A stretch of DNA of 64,000 bases from a virus (lineage: Duplodnaviria > Caudoviricetes), in the IMG/VR virus record IMGVR_UViG_3300032007_000010; one strand, given 5' to 3'. Of this stretch, positions 56,044 to 64,000 are shown piece by piece. The notes under the pieces are model-generated. The model had not been told where the DNA came from. It saw nothing but the letters and a program-made list of their open reading frames with translations, and searched no databases. Position numbers and translations under genes: made by a program. Within the stretch, counting starts at the first letter, position 1; each line of letters starts with the position of its first letter.

Positions 56044-56316
56044 ATGAGGAAGGACCGTTTCATCGCGATGGCCGAGCCCGGGGATTTCAGGTTCATCTTC
56101 GATGATCCCGGCAAAAACTATGTGGACTATGTCGGTGGCACATTGACGATCCATCTGGCCGGAGATGTGAATGTGAACTGCGCGAACATCAATATCGAGT
56201 GCGGGAATCTGACTGTCAAGTGCGCCGGTGCCAACATCACCGCCGGAGGAGCCATCACAATCACCGCGGGTGGCACCCTTAGCCTCAATGGCTCCAGGGT
56301 TGACATCAATGGTTGA
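56044..56316 (+). CDS. Tail spike beta-helix protein (gp5/gpV C-terminus-like)
   Basis: Short beta-strand repeats ending LSLNGSRVDING; directly upstream of PAAR gene. Confidence 0.65.
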   Translation: MRKDRFIAMAEPGDFRFIFDDPGKNYVDYVGGTLTIHLAGDVNVNCANINIECGNLTVKCAGANITAGGAITITAGGTLSLNGSRVDING

Positions 56317-56341
56317 TCGACGATAGAGGAGGTGACTTCGA

Positions 56342-56680
56342 ATGCCACAGGCTGCGCGTCTCGGAGATTCCATCGTTGGCATAACCGCCGGCGAACATTC
56401 CAATCATGAGGAGCCACATCCACCGCTCCAGATCACCGGAAGAATTGTCAACAACGTATCGTCGAATGTGTTTATCAATGGACTGCCGGCCGCTCACGTT
56501 GGAAGCATAACCATGGAAAACGACGCCTGCTGTGGAACATCCTATGGATCCATAGCAACGGGAAGCAACAGCGTGTACATCAACGGAATCCCAGCTTCTA
56601 GATTGGGTGATGCGCTGAGTGTGCACAATCCCGGAAGCGGCATTGTGGATTCGGGCAGTCCCAACGTGTTCATCGGATAG
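56342..56680 (+). CDS. PAAR-repeat spike tip protein
   Basis: AARLGD, NVFINGLPAA, NGIPASRLGD, GSPNVFIG. Confidence 0.9.
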   Translation: MPQAARLGDSIVGITAGEHSNHEEPHPPLQITGRIVNNVSSNVFINGLPAAHVGSITMENDACCGTSYGSIATGSNSVYINGIPASRLGDALSVHNPGSGIVDSGSPNVFIG

Positions 56681-56708
56681 GGCACATGATGTAGAAAGGA
56701 GAGATTCC

Positions 56709-56861
56709 ATGGATCGCGAACAGATGCAGCAGAATATGCTGAAGAATCTTCAGGCCCAGGGCAACGTCTATCTCAGCGAGGTTGCAACTCCGGGTGCCGT
56801 TCCAACGGCGGTTAACCCCGACGAGGTGCAGCGTGATGAAGACGAATGGGCACAGCGTTGA
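56709..56861 (+). CDS. Small hypothetical protein (50 aa)
   Basis: AGAAAGGAG RBS. Confidence 0.45.
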   Translation: MDREQMQQNMLKNLQAQGNVYLSEVATPGAVPTAVNPDEVQRDEDEWAQR

Positions 56862-56941
56862 CCATCATCATAGGCCAGTTCGGGGGCTCATGTCTCCGAA
56901 CTGGCCCATTCGTACAGAAACGGACAGGGCCTCCGATGGAT

Positions 56942-56952
56942 TATATACTATA
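56942..56952 (+). promoter_or_regulatory. Early-type promoter motif TATATACTATA
   Basis: Exact motif. Confidence 0.6.
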
Positions 56953-56977
56953 GATATGCAAAGGAGGTATTTACCAA

Positions 56978-57865
56978 ATGTACACCAAAGAAATGACAGT
57001 TTCGTTATCGTCAAAACGACACGATGCGCGTGGACATCATGCACCAAAGAGACTCATGAGTAGCAGCGAGCGCATCGACAGATTCTTTACCCTGAGCAAG
57101 CGCGAAGAGCGACTTCTCTATGCCGGACTAATCATTGGAGTGATGCTGGCGGCTGCGATCGGTCTTGCCTTCATTAACTGGATGTCGATCGAGTATGGCG
57201 AAGAGGTGAATGGGTTGAGCATGCGCAATCGTTTTCTCAACAGCCGCCTCGAGACCGTGACCGGAGAATACACCGCCCAGATTGAACAACAGCGGGAAGA
57301 GTATGATCTTCGCATCGATGAGCTCGAGCGCGAGCTCGAATCCTATGAGGAGGAAATGGCTTCGGTGAACATGCAGCTCGAGGAGGAAAGTTCACTTACA
57401 TTTTCACTCATCAGGAAATATAAATATATAATCGATGGGGTTGATACCAGCAACGGTTTCACCTGGGATATGCTCGTGTATTTGGATGCTCAATGCAAGG
57501 AATATAATCTAAACCCGCACATGGTCACGGCCATCATCACCAAGGAGTCGCATTTTGATGTGGATGCCCAGAACCAAACCAGCAGTGCCCGTGGCCTTGG
57601 ACAAACTTTGGCAAGCACAGCGAAAACCGTCTACGAAAACATGCTCGGGAACGGAAATGGATCCTATAGCCATGCGATGGCAGACAATGGATACACTAAC
57701 ATCTCCATCGTTTGTCGGTATCTCAAATATCTCAAGGATAACTATGACAGTGTGAATGCGATGATCAACGCGTATTCCGGAGATCAGAGTGGATCGTACT
57801 ATTCCGGATGGGTCTCTATCATGCGCAGCTATGGTCAAGATCCATCGATCAATCATTATGTGTGA
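56978..57865 (+). CDS. Membrane-anchored lytic transglycosylase (SLT domain)
   Basis: TM helix, coiled coil, then AII..ES.F...A.N..SSARGLGQ...AY. Confidence 0.82.
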   Translation: MYTKEMTVSLSSKRHDARGHHAPKRLMSSSERIDRFFTLSKREERLLYAGLIIGVMLAAAIGLAFINWMSIEYGEEVNGLSMRNRFLNSRLETVTGEYTAQIEQQREEYDLRIDELERELESYEEEMASVNMQLEEESSLTFSLIRKYKYIIDGVDTSNGFTWDMLVYLDAQCKEYNLNPHMVTAIITKESHFDVDAQNQTSSARGLGQTLASTAKTVYENMLGNGNGSYSHAMADNGYTNISIVCRYLKYLKDNYDSVNAMINAYSGDQSGSYYSGWVSIMRSYGQDPSINHYV

Positions 57866-57877
57866 TGGAGGAGCACT

Positions 57878-58093
57878 ATGAATTGTCCAGACCTGATTGA
57901 TGTGAATGCGGTGAGAGTTCTCATGGATCGAATGCATGTGGATCCAACCAGCATTCACCGTTCTCGGGACATGCTCGAAAAATTTAGCCACGCCATGAAC
58001 CTGTTGCACAAGCAGCCGGGCGATTCGCTCTCTGATCTGGATGTGCATGTGATCAGGAATCTCATGGAAACGCTTGTCGTGACCGGGAGGTGA
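57878..58093 (+). CDS. Small hypothetical protein
   Basis: GGAGG RBS. Confidence 0.5.
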   Translation: MNCPDLIDVNAVRVLMDRMHVDPTSIHRSRDMLEKFSHAMNLLHKQPGDSLSDLDVHVIRNLMETLVVTGR

Positions 58094-58317
58094 TGTCGAT
58101 GATGCGCATAACCCTCTGCTATGTGCTCTTTGTGCTTGTGGCATTGGGCAGTCTGCTAATCATCCTCGGCAGAATCATACACCTGAACAGAGCTGACACG
58201 GTGGATGAGAATGTAGACCCGTCGGAGCATTGCGAGGATGACTCGATTCTGCAGGTTATCATGACCATCGCGTATCTCAACATGAGAATTCTTGGCCAAC
58301 GATTGGAGATATTATAA
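58090..58317 (+). CDS. Small membrane protein
   Basis: N-terminal TM helix. Confidence 0.5.
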   Translation: MMSMMRITLCYVLFVLVALGSLLIILGRIIHLNRADTVDENVDPSEHCEDDSILQVIMTIAYLNMRILGQRLEIL

Positions 58318-58469
58318 CTCAATGCCACGCACATGTGGCTTCGTGCGCGCCTATTCATAGTAAAGCATTTACAATAACAATCAAAAGAAAAGAATCACCA
58401 GCCGTCTACGGTGATTCTTTTTATTGAATATGGATCACAAACATTTTATACAAGGAGTGAACATCTAAA

Positions 58470-59714
58470 ATGGCAACCGTGAAGAAAACCAAGACCAAGC
58501 TTCCCATCCGTGGCATGCGGCGCATAAACACAACCAGCGACAAGGTGTCTGCGCCGGTGAGAAAATTCGTGGCAGACGTCGAAGATGCCTACCGCGATCA
58601 GCTCAAGAACTGCAACATCCCCGTATTCCGGCTCATCTACGACAATCCCGAGATGGCCACCATCAACTCTTTCTTTCTCAACCATCTCGAGTATGAGGCC
58701 ATCCTCGGCATCCATGTTGATATCCTCGATCGCATGATGATGACCGCCATCGCGGATCGGATCAGCCATGATATCATCGCGAGCATCGAAGGGTCCGAGA
58801 TGGTCTATCCCGGCATCTGGGATATCCACACGGTCTACTCGATCGTTGGTGCCGCCACCACGTTCATGAAGCACGACACACTTCCCGAGCGTTATTTTAC
58901 GCCGCTGCAGTTTGACACGATCTCCCAGGAGGATCTCGACGAACAGCCCGTGGCGTCGTACATGCCGTTCTCGCAGTACAATCCGAACCGCTTCGTCGAG
59001 ATTGCCATGGGCATCCGCCAGCTGGCAATCAATACCATCGCTAGCATCATGCAGACGAAGATGCCGAGAGCCTTCCTATCCTCCAAGGATCTCCCTCTCT
59101 GGCAGCGTTTCTTCGATCGGTACAACGCGAATCTCGCTCCGGCCATCGAGGACCTGACCGATGGCAACATCGAGGCCTTTCTCGATCGCGATGGAACCGA
59201 GAACAGCATCGAAGCCTTCGTGACCAGCTTCGAGCATCCATTCCTCACGCTCATGATCGACCTCATGCTCGACTCCGGCATCTCCCCGTATCTCATCAAC
59301 ATGATGCTCCGTGATTCCACCGTCAACGTCGTCTACGACGACAACGTTGACGAGGAAGGCAACTTCAAGAAGCTCGGCGATATCGGCATCACCTACATGA
59401 TTTCTCTCACCGCCGATAATAAGCGCACCAACTGCAGCTTTGCCATCAATGTTCGTGATGCCATCGAGGTCGGAGCCAGCGGCGCGGACATCGACAAGTC
59501 TCGTCGCGAGGCGTTTGGCAAATCGCTGCGCAGTTTCCTCCTTTCGATCTGTGCCCACACCATCAACGTCTTCGCATACAACGTGGAGAAGAATCCCGAA
59601 ACGATTTTCCCGGACAATGCTCGCAACGAAGAGACCGTCAAGATCGAGAGTGCTCCGAAGGCTGTCACCAGCGATGGTGGCACAAAGGTGCACAAGCTCA
59701 GGCGCTCCGAGTGA
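58470..59714 (+). CDS. Hypothetical protein
   Basis: 414 aa; AAGGAG RBS; strong codon bias. Confidence 0.7.
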   Translation: MATVKKTKTKLPIRGMRRINTTSDKVSAPVRKFVADVEDAYRDQLKNCNIPVFRLIYDNPEMATINSFFLNHLEYEAILGIHVDILDRMMMTAIADRISHDIIASIEGSEMVYPGIWDIHTVYSIVGAATTFMKHDTLPERYFTPLQFDTISQEDLDEQPVASYMPFSQYNPNRFVEIAMGIRQLAINTIASIMQTKMPRAFLSSKDLPLWQRFFDRYNANLAPAIEDLTDGNIEAFLDRDGTENSIEAFVTSFEHPFLTLMIDLMLDSGISPYLINMMLRDSTVNVVYDDNVDEEGNFKKLGDIGITYMISLTADNKRTNCSFAINVRDAIEVGASGADIDKSRREAFGKSLRSFLLSICAHTINVFAYNVEKNPETIFPDNARNEETVKIESAPKAVTSDGGTKVHKLRRSE

Positions 59715-59726
59715 TACAAAACGGGC

Positions 59727-59737
59727 TATATATTATA
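59727..59737 (+). promoter_or_regulatory. Early-type promoter motif TATATATTATA within inverted repeat GGGCTATA-TAT-TATAGCCC
   Basis: Motif variant. Confidence 0.6.
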
Positions 59738-59799
59738 GCCCAGAAGACAGAAGGGTACCCTGTCTAATACCAGTTTAACGAAAGGAGAATTCTCACACC

Positions 59800-60750
59800 A
59801 TGAGCAAGAACAAGAATGGCGAGTTCAACAACCTCGCCGCCAAAAAGTTCAAGGACGTCGAGAAGATTGACCTGATGTCTCAGCAGGAAATCTTCAAGAT
59901 CCTGGACGGAGACGTTTCCGTGATCCTTGAACAGATCACCGCTTCCAGGAACCATACCGGCCGATATCCTCAGTATGCGGCCAATGCCTTCGCGAATCTG
60001 TCCACCTGTGTGTGGCTCAAGCAGTACGTGAAGGAACATTGCAAGATCACCAAGAAGGGCAAACTCAAGACCGATCTGAGCAAGGACGAGCTCGAATCTC
60101 TGCGCGCATGGGTCTGTGACGGCTATAAGCGCTCCGCCACGAACCAGTTCTCTCGCCAGACGCTCGAGTTCGAGGACCGCATGCGCTACATCCAGAACGT
60201 CTTCGCGATCATCTATCCGAAGGTGTTCCGTCTCACCAAGAAGCTGAAGCTCGACGACAGCGAACGCAAGGATCTCACCATCCAGGTGTATGGCGATCCG
60301 ACCTCGAACTTCCGCTTCGTGCATAAGCTCATCAACGCATCGAGCGTCAGCAACAAGAAGAAGATCAAGATCCTTCGCGCCATGTACGGCAAGCGTTTCG
60401 AGGCTGCGGTCGGAGCCGCGATGACCATCGACTCCAACAACAGCGATTGCCTGTCCATGCTCTACGACTTCATGATGGGTCTGAAGACCAAGGATCGTGC
60501 GCCGATCGTATATGAGTATGCCAAGGCGTTCAAGCGCAACAAAACCTACAACTTCCGACTCAAGTCCGACGGCGAATTCTATCGCAAGAACAAGCGTCTC
60601 ATCAAGGAGCTCCGGAAGGGCGACATTGGCATGAAGAAGGCATTCAAGCCGCTCCGCAAGAAGAAGAACAAGGATTTCGAGGTAGGAGCAAAGAAGAAGT
60701 CCAAGAAGGAGAAGACCGAGGTCAAGCTCCCCACGGACTTCAAGATCTGA
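59800..60750 (+). CDS. Basic (Lys-rich) hypothetical protein
   Basis: GAAAGGAG RBS; strong codon bias; terminator 60760-60795. Confidence 0.7.
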   Translation: MSKNKNGEFNNLAAKKFKDVEKIDLMSQQEIFKILDGDVSVILEQITASRNHTGRYPQYAANAFANLSTCVWLKQYVKEHCKITKKGKLKTDLSKDELESLRAWVCDGYKRSATNQFSRQTLEFEDRMRYIQNVFAIIYPKVFRLTKKLKLDDSERKDLTIQVYGDPTSNFRFVHKLINASSVSNKKKIKILRAMYGKRFEAAVGAAMTIDSNNSDCLSMLYDFMMGLKTKDRAPIVYEYAKAFKRNKTYNFRLKSDGEFYRKNKRLIKELRKGDIGMKKAFKPLRKKKNKDFEVGAKKKSKKEKTEVKLPTDFKI

Positions 60751-60821
60751 ACAACAGTGAATCACCCCCGATTTTGGTCGGGGGTGATTTTCTTTGTTTT
60801 CACGAAGGAGTATAATGTGTC

Positions 60822-61307
60822 ATGAAACAGGACATGCGAGAAATCTATAAAATTGTGGGATTGTGGTTTGTTATCGTCATAGTTCCGGTCATTGCTGCAA
60901 TATACATTGACAACATCCTGATTGATGATAACCGCGATAGGATGACGGAGAATACGATCACACCGGAGGAAAATGTGATCACATCGGAGCTGACGATGCC
61001 GGTCTCGAACGATGATGAAACGGACAAGATAAACGCTTATCCATTGGACAACGACATTGTCGATGTGATTGTTGAAAAACTTGGCGAAGAGCATCGATAT
61101 TTTGTGCAGAGCGTTATCGCCGACGGCACCGAACGGATGCGCATACATATCACATATACTACGCTGTTTCCAAGACTCTTCACTGTTGAAGGAATGGGAG
61201 AAACACTCTCCGGTGAGAGATATCAGTTCCAATTCACCATGGCGAAGGATACATATGAGCAATGGTACATCGTTGATATGTTTCGATGGGAACCGGTGAG
61301 CCAATGA
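60822..61307 (+). CDS. Membrane-anchored hypothetical protein
   Basis: N-terminal TM helix. Confidence 0.55.
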   Translation: MKQDMREIYKIVGLWFVIVIVPVIAAIYIDNILIDDNRDRMTENTITPEENVITSELTMPVSNDDETDKINAYPLDNDIVDVIVEKLGEEHRYFVQSVIADGTERMRIHITYTTLFPRLFTVEGMGETLSGERYQFQFTMAKDTYEQWYIVDMFRWEPVSQ

Positions 61308-62131
61308 TATTGATACCAAAACAGGGCGGAAACTACGATCGTTACATGATGAGACACCAAAAGGTGACAGAATATCATTATCCGGAAGAAAGATATGTCG
61401 GTGTCATCCTCGATAGACCGAATCGTTTCATCATGGATGTGGAGGTCAACGGTGAAACCGTCAGAGCCCATTGCCCAACCCAAGGTTCGATCGGATCGAT
61501 CAAGCTTCCGGGCCGACCGGTCCTATTGTCATATCATCCTGATCCAAAGCGCAAGCTCAAGTGGACCGCCGAAGCATTATCCTACGATAGACCCGAGAAT
61601 AGACATAAAGAATGGATCGGGTTTTACCAAGCCGCGTCCAATCGATATGTGGAACACTATCTTCGCCAGGGAGCATTCTCTGGCATGATCATGACCGAAG
61701 GTTATCAGGTCGAGCGTGAAAGAAAGCTTGGGAATTCCCGCATTGATCTCAAAGTGGGTGATACCTACATCGAGGTGAAGACCTGGATCCAGGTGATCGA
61801 GAAGAAGGTTCCGAGCTACATAGAGCAGCGTCCGAAGAAGCTCCATGGTTTCTCCGGCGGAGAACGTCTCATCAAGCATGCCAACGAACTCGCAGACGCA
61901 CTCAAGGGACATGAGAGATGTATCATGCTATCGTGCTATCAGTACATGCCTGACCCCGACGAGGAGCTGGATCGCTACGACTACGGTGAGCTCTACTCGG
62001 ATACCACACAGATCATCGAAGCCTTTGATCGTGCCCATGCGGCCGGAGTAGAATCCTGGAACTGCTATTTCAAGCTCACTGAGAAGGGTGTAAAGCTGAT
62101 ACGCTACGAAAAAGAGGAGTGGAAACGATGA
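61304..62131 (+). CDS. sfsA: SfsA-family DNA/RNA nuclease
   Basis: RPNRF, AHCP..G, P.RKLKWT, SRID, IEVK, R..KH..EL, A..AGV. Confidence 0.85.
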   Translation: MILIPKQGGNYDRYMMRHQKVTEYHYPEERYVGVILDRPNRFIMDVEVNGETVRAHCPTQGSIGSIKLPGRPVLLSYHPDPKRKLKWTAEALSYDRPENRHKEWIGFYQAASNRYVEHYLRQGAFSGMIMTEGYQVERERKLGNSRIDLKVGDTYIEVKTWIQVIEKKVPSYIEQRPKKLHGFSGGERLIKHANELADALKGHERCIMLSCYQYMPDPDEELDRYDYGELYSDTTQIIEAFDRAHAAGVESWNCYFKLTEKGVKLIRYEKEEWKR

Positions 62132-62529
62132 GCTATGTGACCCATTCCAAGGAATACGAGGATAAAATTCTCGAAGGCATAACCAAGAGCACCGCCGATG
62201 ATTGCTATGTGCCCGCATATGGAAAGGCAAATGATCTCTCGTTTAATTCCACCCTCTGCGAGACCATAGAAGCTGCCATCATGAGATCCGAAAAGCATCT
62301 TGGCAAAGAGCTGCACCTGTTACCAACAGCCTTCGCAGACTATCTCTTCGAGCACTATCATGTCTCGGACGTGGACTGCGAGTTTCTGACCATGATGTAT
62401 TATCGGCTCATGACCAGAACAGCGGCACAGGTCGGCAACGATCTCGGGAAGAAGATCATCAAGGAATATGCCTCGTACATTGATTGGGATGCGTACCGCA
62501 GGGACCATCCTAGTATGGAGGAAGGGTGA
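62128..62529 (+). CDS. Hypothetical protein
   Basis: GAGGAG RBS; ATGA overlap. Confidence 0.55.
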   Translation: MSYVTHSKEYEDKILEGITKSTADDCYVPAYGKANDLSFNSTLCETIEAAIMRSEKHLGKELHLLPTAFADYLFEHYHVSDVDCEFLTMMYYRLMTRTAAQVGNDLGKKIIKEYASYIDWDAYRRDHPSMEEG

Positions 62530-62635
62530 ATATTCAATGAAGCGCATGGGTAAACAGCTTGGTCGGATGAATGCTTCCATCCGATCCAAAAGAACACAAC
62601 CGGAAATTTCGACACAAAAGGAAGGAGAACGTATC

Positions 62636-62941
62636 ATGGAGACTAATAAGATTGCATATCGCGTCATCATCACACTCATCCTCGATAGTGGTCGCAAGAT
62701 CAACTCTCGTCTGGGGATCATCACCGACGATATCAATGGGACACTGGAACGCGTTGATAATGACATCAAGAATATCATCAACAGCACCTCCGATGGATGG
62801 ATGACACTTCGCTACGGCGAGCTGTTCCACGAGGAGGGAGACGTTGTTGGCTGCACCAGCGTGTTGCGCAAGAAGGTGATCGGCTACAACATTGACGCAT
62901 TTGGCCTCCATCCATTCACCAAGAATACCACGAGCAACTGA
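62636..62941 (+). CDS. Hypothetical protein
   Basis: AAGGAG RBS. Confidence 0.5.
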   Translation: METNKIAYRVIITLILDSGRKINSRLGIITDDINGTLERVDNDIKNIINSTSDGWMTLRYGELFHEEGDVVGCTSVLRKKVIGYNIDAFGLHPFTKNTTSN

Positions 62942-62949
62942 AAACGAAC

Positions 62950-62960
62950 TATATATCATA
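62950..62960 (+). promoter_or_regulatory. Early-type promoter motif TATATATCATA
   Basis: Identical to the motif at 31503. Confidence 0.55.
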
Positions 62961-62989
62961 GCTCTGGGTATCGCAGAAAGGGTATCGTA

Positions 62990-63313
62990 ATGCTAGAATC
63001 ACACTTTCGCGAAGATTACCTGGAATGTGAAGAACGTTTTCACAGGTTTCAAAAACGTAGAGATTTCTTGGAAAGATCTCTGCCACTCATCACCGGAGGA
63101 TCCGCCGTTCGTGTGGATCGAGGATGGTTCGACAAGGTCGAGAGAGCTCTCGATGACTATGATGATAACATCATGTCTCTACCGGAGCTGCTCACCGAAC
63201 CGGAGTTTGATCATCTGAGCAAGATATCGAATCGAATTCACGAGTTGCTGGATCATCCTCCGGATGTCCCGGCAGGACTCGAAGCACTGTGGAAGGAAGA
63301 AAGGCCCGGTTGA
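62990..63313 (+). CDS. Hypothetical protein
   Basis: AGAAAGGG RBS; terminator hairpin at its 3' end. Confidence 0.55.
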   Translation: MLESHFREDYLECEERFHRFQKRRDFLERSLPLITGGSAVRVDRGWFDKVERALDDYDDNIMSLPELLTEPEFDHLSKISNRIHELLDHPPDVPAGLEALWKEERPG

Positions 63314-63385
63314 TCCGGGCTTTTCTTTTTCCATCATCGGAGCTACATTCATATACATAAACATCCCGAAAGGAGATTATCATCC

Positions 63386-64000
63386 ATGCCGATGATGGAT
63401 TTTGCTGACTTTCTCGCCGAGAGCGCAAAGGCGAACAAAAAGGACACAAACTTCAAGCCAACCACAACCATACCGCTCCATGCGACCGGCTACGTCTATC
63501 TCGACTATGCGGCCGGAAACTATGTCACCGTCTACAACGATGACGAGATTCCGCTCTATCAATACCACAATGTCGGCGTGCCGGCAGGATCTGTCATCGG
63601 GCTCATTTCCAAGACCCAGGGCGGAAAAACAACAACGGCGATCCAAATGGCAGCGTCGATCATCGAGCCGTATTTCTCACCTCTCTACTGGAATCGCTAT
63701 ATCAAGGAAAATGAACAGCGTCTTTCCAAGGATGATCTCAAGAAGATTATGACCGATGCGAGCAATGGCATGCCGTTCATTCAGATCGCCGATGTCGAGG
63801 GAACGCTGCCCCTCGACTATGTCAAGAAGCTCGGACATTATACGAACAAGCAGCTCAAGAATCGCGTAATCATCGATCACATCACCACCGACAATGATCT
63901 GATCGCATTGCTCGAAAAGCATGCGAGATACAAGTCAACGCACATGAATCAGACCATCTACCCAATGCTGGATCTCTACGGAAATCCGATCGTTGACTAT
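63386..64000 (+). CDS. RecA/UvsX-like recombinase, N-terminal part (runs off the window)
   Basis: Not in ORF track. Manual translation: ATGYVYLDY...GVPAGSVIGLISKTQGGKTT.A.Q...IADVEG; GAAAGGAG RBS. Confidence 0.8.
   Translation, partial: MPMMDFADFLAESAKANKKDTNFKPTTTIPLHATGYVYLDYAAGNYVTVYNDDEIPLYQYHNVGVPAGSVIGLISKTQGGKTTTAIQMAASIIEPYFSPLYWNRYIKENEQRLSKDDLKKIMTDASNGMPFIQIADVEGTLPLDYVKKLGHYTNKQLKNRVIIDHITTDNDLIALLEKHARYKSTHMNQTIYPMLDLYGNPIVDY

Noticed and set aside
56342-56680. Type VI secretion system
   Set aside because: PAAR and spike genes sit in a phage context with no T6SS membrane complex or ClpV genes
1-64000. Stop-codon reassignment
   Set aside because: Long conserved genes are intact in the standard bacterial code, TAA, TAG and TGA all end genes, and no suppressor tRNA is present

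Overview
This 64-kb window is most consistent with part of a large (jumbo) myophage genome of the phiKZ/AR9(PBS1)-related type. The basis is two separately encoded fragments of a multisubunit RNA polymerase (beta' C-terminal part, beta C-terminal part), a DnaB-type helicase, a RecA/UvsX-like recombinase, SbcD, a RecD/Dda-like helicase, a two-subunit type II topoisomerase, baseplate/spike/PAAR/tail-fibre genes, holin-like genes, ThyA, DHFR and dCMP deaminase. The standard genetic code reads through all long genes. The probable host is a Bacillota (Clostridia-like) bacterium, inferred from strong AGAAAGGAG/GGAGG ribosome-binding sites, the ThyA type and the tRNA-Ile2-like sequence. Two recurrent promoter-like motifs partition the genes: (A/G/T)ACA-N6-TA, resembling the AR9 late consensus and lying mostly before virion genes, and TATATAYYATA, early-like. 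Most notable observations: (i) a ~320-nt intergenic putative ncRNA (about 1079-1400) with its own late-type promoter and terminal hairpin, carrying four anti-Shine-Dalgarno segments that each look like the antisense copy of a translation start; (ii) a tmRNA-tRNA cluster interleaved with several unexplained structured RNA elements; (iii) accessory genes including a MazF-like fusion, a DUF488-nuclease fusion, a RaSEA/TIGR01210-like radical SAM enzyme, NADAR, an FNT channel and a GyrA/ParC with Leu at the Ser83-equivalent position. All family calls are by motif recognition only; no database searches were run.
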